Source: a bacterium (GTDB taxonomy: Bacteria > Bacteroidota > Ignavibacteria > UBA10030). From it: DNA of 64,000 bases. Below, in pieces: positions 58,035-64,000 of the stretch. The notes beneath the pieces were generated by a model. That model had not been told where the DNA came from, made no database searches, and saw only the letters and a program-made list of their open reading frames with translations. Both the position numbers and the translations under genes were made by a program. The stretch covers positions 1 to 64,000 of the forward strand of contig JAZDJN010000012.1 in the NCBI GenBank assembly GCA_043803945.1, read 5' to 3'. Position 1 is the stretch's first letter. Every line of letters begins with the position of its first letter.

Positions 58035-59909
58035 GTGGACGTAAAACAACCTGAACATATTGAACATCACAAACATATCAAGGCAACCCTCCAAAACAGG
58101 GGATTGGGTAGAATGAAAGTCGCTCTCGTTGGCAATCCCAATGTGGGTAAATCTCTTTTTTTTAATTATTTATCGGGATTGTATGTTGATGTTTCAAACT
58201 ACCCGGGTACAACCGTCGAATATACCAAAGGTCAATTCAAACAATTTGAGATTTATGATACACCGGGTGTCTATGGTATTTCTTCCTTCAGCGATGAGGA
58301 GTGTGTTACACAGGAGGTTGTTCTCGAGGCAGATATTGTATTGAATATTGTCGATTCAGTCCATCTGGAACGCGACCTCTTCCTCACACAGCAATTAATT
58401 GACATGGGGAAAAAGGTCTCGGTCGTATTGAATTTTATGGATGAAGTGCATAAAATTGGTCTTGAACTCGATGACAAATTGCTCTCCAGCTACCTTGGTG
58501 TACCCGTCTTTAAGACAACAGCTACCTCGCATGAAGGATTTGACCTGCTTGAACAGGCAATCGCAGAGGCACGCCGGGGCGAGCAGGATCCGGCCTTACA
58601 CCACGCCCTGCATCAGATGCTGACTACCATTGGCTCGGAAGCAGAGGGATTACTGATTCTTGAAGGGGATGATCTGGTAGCCAAAAAGCATGGACTCACC
58701 CCGGGCAATCAACGTGAACTATTATATATCGAACGGCGCAACCGTGTGAATCTCATCGTCGAGGCAGTATTCTCCGACAAGCACGCTCAGAGCAGATGGG
58801 CAACACTCCTCGGCCGGTGGTCGGTGAACCTCTGGACAGGAGTTCCGATTGTTATTCTTGTCCTGTACCTTATTTACCTCTTTGTCGGCAAGCTTGTGGC
58901 TCAGGAATTGGTAGCATTCATGGAAACAAAGTTTGGCCATGAATTATGGGAACCATGGATTCGAGGTATTGTTACTCAGCACATTGCACCGGATTCATGG
59001 TTGAACATACTGCTGGTTGGCGAATTCGGCGTAGTCACAATGACGATAACCTATTTGCTGTTCCTTCTTCTTCCTCTCGTTATCGCTTTCTATTTATCAC
59101 TCGCTTTGCTGGAGGACAGCGGGTATCTTCCGCGGCTTGCAACACTTGTCGATCGGAGCCTGAACGCCATCGGTTTAAATGGCAGCGCGGTCATTCCTCT
59201 CATCCTTGGTTTCGGGTGTGTAACAATGGCGACGGTAACAACACGCATCCTGGGAAGCGATCGGGAGCGCACCATTTCGAATGCCATTCTGCAGTTTGCA
59301 GTGCCATGCTCAGCACAAATTGCTGTTGTTGCGGCAATGCTGACAGGAGCAGGCTTTAAAGCAATTCTCATCTATTCGTTTACTATCCTGCTCATGTTTA
59401 TTCTAATCGGAACAATACTTCACCGATCATTGCCTGGAACTTCATCGCCGCTTCTTCTCGACCTGCCCCCCATGCGATTTCCACGATTGGATAACGTTGT
59501 ACGAAAGACCGCATTTCGTTCTTATTACTTTATGAAAGAGGCAACGCCATGGTTTTTCGCCGGCGCTCTCGCCATCGGCATACTGCAGATCACCGGACTA
59601 CTCACAGTCTGGCAGCAACTGCTGGTGCCGCTCACAACGGGATGGCTGCAATTGCCGCGTGAAGCAGCGACAGCGTTCGTGATGGGACTAGTACGAAGAG
59701 ATTTCGGAGCCGCCGGTCTCTATGAACTGTCACTTTCTCCGGAGCAGGTGATCGTCTCGTTGGTCACCATTACACTCTTCACTCCCTGCGTCGCTTCACT
59801 GATGGTCATGATAAAGGAGCGCGGGCCAAAGGAGGCGGCGCTGGTCTGGTTTGGTACGTGGGTCGGTGCGTTTCTTGTCGGTGGAATTCTTTCTCAGATT
59901 TTGATATGA
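58035..59909 (+). CDS. feoB: Ferrous iron transporter B
   Basis: GNPNVGKS, NYPGTTV, DTPG, LEDSGYLPR, GFGC, PCSAQ. Confidence 0.95.
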   Translation: MDVKQPEHIEHHKHIKATLQNRGLGRMKVALVGNPNVGKSLFFNYLSGLYVDVSNYPGTTVEYTKGQFKQFEIYDTPGVYGISSFSDEECVTQEVVLEADIVLNIVDSVHLERDLFLTQQLIDMGKKVSVVLNFMDEVHKIGLELDDKLLSSYLGVPVFKTTATSHEGFDLLEQAIAEARRGEQDPALHHALHQMLTTIGSEAEGLLILEGDDLVAKKHGLTPGNQRELLYIERRNRVNLIVEAVFSDKHAQSRWATLLGRWSVNLWTGVPIVILVLYLIYLFVGKLVAQELVAFMETKFGHELWEPWIRGIVTQHIAPDSWLNILLVGEFGVVTMTITYLLFLLLPLVIAFYLSLALLEDSGYLPRLATLVDRSLNAIGLNGSAVIPLILGFGCVTMATVTTRILGSDRERTISNAILQFAVPCSAQIAVVAAMLTGAGFKAILIYSFTILLMFILIGTILHRSLPGTSSPLLLDLPPMRFPRLDNVVRKTAFRSYYFMKEATPWFFAGALAIGILQITGLLTVWQQLLVPLTTGWLQLPREAATAFVMGLVRRDFGAAGLYELSLSPEQVIVSLVTITLFTPCVASLMVMIKERGPKEAALVWFGTWVGAFLVGGILSQILI

Positions 59910-60109
59910 GCACAATCAGAGAGAAACTGCGCAGCGAACATCGCACCTGCCCCACGTGCGGCAATGGTATTGAGAATCCATTTTCCGAACGTTGCCCGCG
60001 ATGCCTGACCCTCATTCCTGTTCTTGATCCGGGGTGTGGCACTTGCATCCACGGCACAAGCTGTCCGGTTTCAGCAGAAAAGACAAAGCATCAGCGGAAC
60101 CCTTCATAG
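59906..60109 (+). CDS. Small Cys-rich protein translationally coupled to feoB
   Basis: ATGA overlap; CPTC, CPRC, CGTC..C. Confidence 0.65.
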   Translation: MSTIREKLRSEHRTCPTCGNGIENPFSERCPRCLTLIPVLDPGCGTCIHGTSCPVSAEKTKHQRNPS

Positions 60110-60141
60110 GATTGCCCGGACTTGTCAGGCATCTTACACAA

Positions 60142-60912
60142 ATGCACAAACGCATCCAACGATTTGCAGTGGCACACATTTATCATCGAATTAAGCCCTT
60201 CATAAAGAGCGCTCGATTGTTGCTCCGGGGAATATTCTATCTCGGAACAACCTATCACTGTCCATGTTGTGGATGGAGTGTCAGAATATTCCTTCCGGGA
60301 GGAGACCAACGACGGCCCAATGCTCAGTGTCCACGCTGCGCTTCATTGGAGCGGCATCGTTTACTCTGGCTCTTTTTAAAGAACAGAACAAATCTGTTTT
60401 CTGCGAAACTCAAGGTTTTACACATTGCTCCTGAACCGGTATTCCAGCGAATATTTCAATCATCAGAATTGAACCTTGAGTATCTGAGCGCCGACCTTCA
60501 CAATCCTCTGGCGATGATGAATATCGATATCACCACCATCCCCTTCGCAAACGCGACCTTCGATGTCATTCTTGCCAACCACGTCCTGGAACATGTCGTG
60601 GACGACCGAAAAGCCATGAAGGAACTATACCGGGTGTTGCGGAATACTGGATGGGCAATTATTCAATCACCTATCGACGAAGGGCGGCAATCAACATTTG
60701 AAGACCCCGCAATTACCTCGCCCAACGAACGTGCGAGAATCTTTGGCCAATCGGACCATGTGCGGATCTACGGGCGGGATTATTCGAAGCGTCTTGAAGA
60801 AGCAGGATTTATCGTAACCGTTATCGACGTTGCGGCTGAGATCGGCGAGAACGAGGCGAGGCGGTTTGGGTTGTTGAAGGAAGAAAAGATTTTTCTCTGT
60901 TCCTGCAGGTAG
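60142..60912 (+). CDS. Class I SAM-dependent methyltransferase with N-terminal Zn-ribbon
   Basis: CPCC, CPRCASLERHR, LHIAPE, NHVLEHV, GQSDHVRIYG. Confidence 0.85.
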   Translation: MHKRIQRFAVAHIYHRIKPFIKSARLLLRGIFYLGTTYHCPCCGWSVRIFLPGGDQRRPNAQCPRCASLERHRLLWLFLKNRTNLFSAKLKVLHIAPEPVFQRIFQSSELNLEYLSADLHNPLAMMNIDITTIPFANATFDVILANHVLEHVVDDRKAMKELYRVLRNTGWAIIQSPIDEGRQSTFEDPAITSPNERARIFGQSDHVRIYGRDYSKRLEEAGFIVTVIDVAAEIGENEARRFGLLKEEKIFLCSCR

Positions 60913-61032
60913 AGACTCTTTCACGTTCTCTTTCCCAAAGATATCCTTCTCGTTCTGCATCAGATAACTCTCGCTGTGCGCCTATCGGACGCTCATCAAG
61001 CAGTTGTAGGCCAAGCACAAAGAAACGAGAGA

Positions 61033-61710
61033 TCACTTCAGAGCATTTCGTAAACCCGTGCCATGAAAGAGCTGCTCAATTGAGGCAAGCCCCGACTTAA
61101 GTTCTTCGCGGGGGAGGTTCCCTCGTTCAAGTTCCTCATCAGTTTTTACCGCCAATCGATTATAGAATTTCTTTGCCTCGTCATAATACGAGGCGTCCAT
61201 GCCGAGAAGCTGGAACAGGGTATCCTCTGCCCTGGCAAATTGCCCTTGCAGTTCATAGTAACGAACAAGGCGCCATTGCAGATCGGCAGGCAGTTCAAAC
61301 TCAGCAAGTGAGGTGATCAGTTGGGAAACACGAAGAGAGATCTCTTTTGGTAGAGTATCGCGAAATTCCGAATGTAATTCCAAATACAATGTCAGCGACC
61401 GGATCAATCCGCGGACCCCTTCTGCCTCATGCTGTTGCAGCATGGCAACCTCTCCCCGCTCCCTCAGCAACTCTGCCATGAGAAGACATTTTTCAATATC
61501 AAACCGATCACTTAACCTCAGCAACCGGATAAGCTCGTCTGTCGAGAGAGCATCGAGAAATGCCGGATCGGCACCCAGTAATAATTTCCCGGCGGCCGTC
61601 ATATCCCGTTGGGCTTCATCGTAGCGTTTGTTCTCTTTATGAAGCAGCACCTTTGAGAGCACACGCGCAAGGTCGTTGATTATTCTGAGAATGTAATCTC
61701 GTTCTATCAT
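61033..61710 (-). CDS. DUF6483-like helical protein
   Basis: MIERDYILRII, AEDTLF, LERGNLPREE. Confidence 0.75.
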   Translation of the reverse strand: MIERDYILRIINDLARVLSKVLLHKENKRYDEAQRDMTAAGKLLLGADPAFLDALSTDELIRLLRLSDRFDIEKCLLMAELLRERGEVAMLQQHEAEGVRGLIRSLTLYLELHSEFRDTLPKEISLRVSQLITSLAEFELPADLQWRLVRYYELQGQFARAEDTLFQLLGMDASYYDEAKKFYNRLAVKTDEELERGNLPREELKSGLASIEQLFHGTGLRNALK

Positions 61711-61895
61711 AGAATCGTTCTTTCCATCATCATACAGAAAGTAGCGACAGTTGAGACAAAATCCAAAGCTCCGAGCATCATACACCTATCTTTTTGTTTC
61801 AAATCTCGAAACTTCTACCGATCATGAGTAAGTTGCTAACAGCAGCATCATGACATACTGTTGGCTGAATCCAGCAAAGAACAATATTCCATAGA

Positions 61896-62552
61896 ATGAA
61901 AATTCTCGCTTTTTCCGATATTCACGGCGCACATCAGAGAGTGTTTGAACTTGCTTCGGCAGAATGCCCCTTCGATGCTATGATTATTGCGGGTGATATC
62001 ACGACCCATGGAACTCCCAGACAAGCTTTGGATGCCATCGAACAATTTCAGTCACTGGGGAAACCTCTCTTCGTCGTGACGGGTAATATGGATCCTGTGG
62101 ATATTGGACGACGCATTCAGGATCACGGTAGTTCCATTGATGGAAATGGAATCGTCTGGAACGACGTTGGATTCTTTGGTGTAGGCGGCTCACCATTTAC
62201 TCCAATGCATACGCCCAATGAATTGCCGGAAGAAGAGATCACCCGTCGATGCGAAGAGGGATGGAATAAGGTGAATGATGCACGATGGAAAATATTTGTA
62301 CCCCATGCTCCGCCGTACAAGACTACAATCGACAGAATTATGACCGGAAACCATGTTGGAAGTACTGCCATCCGGATATGCATCGAACAGCACCAGCCTC
62401 ACGCTGTCGTGTGCGGACATATTCACGAAGCGCGAGGAACCGACCGCCTGGGAACAAGCCAGATGGTCAACTGCGGCCCGGCAGGATCGGGATCATACGC
62501 CGTAATCCGGATTGAAGACACACTGACGATTGAACTTCGAGGAGGTTATTGA
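61896..62552 (+). CDS. Metallophosphoesterase
   Basis: SDIHG, AGD, GNMD, HAPP, CGHIHE. Confidence 0.92.
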   Translation: MKILAFSDIHGAHQRVFELASAECPFDAMIIAGDITTHGTPRQALDAIEQFQSLGKPLFVVTGNMDPVDIGRRIQDHGSSIDGNGIVWNDVGFFGVGGSPFTPMHTPNELPEEEITRRCEEGWNKVNDARWKIFVPHAPPYKTTIDRIMTGNHVGSTAIRICIEQHQPHAVVCGHIHEARGTDRLGTSQMVNCGPAGSGSYAVIRIEDTLTIELRGGY

Positions 62553-63157
62553 TGAGTGTCGGTTTTATCGGCCTTGGTATTATGGGAACTCCGATGGCCG
62601 CACGCTTTTTGAACAGTGGCAATACTCTCGTTGTCTCTAACCGGACCCGCGCAAAAGCAGAAGCATTGATTACTTGTGGATCTCAATGGTGTACAACTTC
62701 TTCGGATGTTGCAAGGCAATGTGAGGTTGTTTTCACCATGGTTTCAACTCCCGATGCCCTGCGGCATGTCGCTCTAGGGTCAGAGGGAATCCTTTCCGGT
62801 TTCACTTCCGGTGGAATTCACGTCGACACCAGCACAGTCTCGCCGATGCTGACCGAAGAGCTGGAGACAGTGTATCAGAAGAATGGTTGTTCATTTCTTC
62901 ACGCGCCGGTCCTTGGCAGCATACCACAGGCCACAGAGGGCACTCTGCTTCTTTTTGTAGGCGGGAACAACAAGGCTTATCTACGCGTTCAGCCATTGCT
63001 TCAACTCCTCAGTCAGAAGATCTGGCGTTTTGAGCAAGCCTCCCAGGCTTCCCATATGAAGCTGTTGTGCAATTCCTTTATTGCCGGGATGATTACGACA
63101 CTCGCTCAAGCTATCGTCTATTCACTTGAACAACGACAGAACCAGGGAGCAGTATGA
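62552..63157 (+). pseudogene. 3-hydroxyisobutyrate dehydrogenase-family gene, C-terminally truncated
   Basis: GFIGLGIMG, APVLG, KLLCN then stops at about 200 aa. Confidence 0.65.
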
Positions 63158-63798
63158 ATAAACCCGTAGTTGTTATCTTCGACCTCGGCAATGTTTTAGT
63201 CCACATTCACCCTGAGTGCTTTCTTCAGTCGCTTGGTATCGATTCGCCTGAGAACCGCCGCTATTTCCAACCCTTTGTCATTGAGGCAGTTCAACGCTAC
63301 GAACGTGGTGAAGAAACAACGGGCCAATACCTGGAACGAATTTCTCAACTTGTCAATATTCAGGCAAGAGAACATCAGCCATCACTCTCATTGCCAAAAC
63401 ATCTTTTCACGCGTGAGCAGCTTGTCCAGGCCATGAAGAGCATCATAGGGGATCCCATTCAAGAAATGGAACAACTTGTCCACAGCGTCGCGAAGAATTA
63501 TCAAACCGCTCTTCTGAGCAACACCAATCCTCTCCATTACGATCATTGTCTTGAACACCTCCCTGTGCTCCATCAAATTCCCCAGCACATTCTTTCATAC
63601 AAGTTCCATTGCCTCAAACCTGGTTCACTCATTTTCGAAAAAGCTGCTCAATATCTCCACGCCGACCCGTCCGAGATCCTTTTCATCGATGATGCAGCAG
63701 AGAATGTTCGCGGGGCCGCTGAAATAGGCTATCGATTCATCCAGTTTCAGGGAAAGGATGCGTTGGAGTCCAAATTGAGAATCCTTGAAATCCTGTAA
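63154..63798 (+). CDS. HAD family phosphatase (YihX-like)
   Basis: FDLGNV, LSNTN, KP, FIDD. Confidence 0.9.
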   Translation: MNKPVVVIFDLGNVLVHIHPECFLQSLGIDSPENRRYFQPFVIEAVQRYERGEETTGQYLERISQLVNIQAREHQPSLSLPKHLFTREQLVQAMKSIIGDPIQEMEQLVHSVAKNYQTALLSNTNPLHYDHCLEHLPVLHQIPQHILSYKFHCLKPGSLIFEKAAQYLHADPSEILFIDDAAENVRGAAEIGYRFIQFQGKDALESKLRILEIL

Positions 63799-63927
63799 AA
63801 ATCGATATCGACGAATCTTCGGAGTTCGTCATATCAAAGTGGGGAAATCTTCTGCCTAACGATTTTGGTGATATAAAGCACTGAAAACGACGAATTTAAA
63901 AAACCCTTATTTTCCAAGCATTTTTTA

Positions 63928-63995
63928 CTTGACTTTGTAACGCGATTCCATAACTTTCCATGCCGTGTGGGGAAAAGTGGGGAATCTGGGAGAGC
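63928..63995 (+). promoter_or_regulatory. Probable mraZ/dcw promoter with MraZ boxes
   Basis: TTGACT..TAACTT then TGGGG boxes at about 10-bp spacing (tgtggggaaaagtggggaatctgggga). Confidence 0.65.
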
Positions 63996-64000
63996 AATTT

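Overview
Bacterial chromosomal window of about 50% GC, probably an anaerobic or facultative Bacteroidota/Ignavibacteria-type organism (inferred from TAnnTTTG-like promoters, GxxExxY and four-helix-bundle genes, and an Hc1-like protein). In order: a minus-strand tRNA-His / four-helix-bundle / tRNA-Glu unit with duplicated tRNA 5' fragments; an arginine/ornithine catabolic operon (argF, arcC, atypical pyrB, rocD, ArcE/COG2403-like ATPase, Met gamma-lyase-like) with no arcA; a B12 radical SAM; an AT-rich islet (AraC-like, Cys-rich secreted peptide, beta-propeller lipoprotein, CxxC protein); non-Pyl MttB; cupin-PL10 lyase; a Stn-like NuoE/NuoF/GltD-NuoG complex; a DNA-damage module (PA0069 radical SAM, PolB2, small partner, inactive RadA-like, divergent XRE/S24 repressor with a GACA-N4-TGTC operator) interrupted by VapBC and GxxExxY insertions; an accessory island (SWIM, IS21 and HepT remnants, fused antitoxin-PIN-TcmP-DUF5131); an uncharacterised co-oriented cluster with three papain-fold enzymes, a HET-C-like domain and membrane proteins; SRAP, DUF72, TlyC, a degenerate SF1 helicase, feoAB, and an mraZ-type promoter at the right edge. 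Intergenic DNA carries many 7-, 8- and 9-bp periodic inverted arms and REP-like palindromes. All family calls come from motif recognition by eye; no searches were run.
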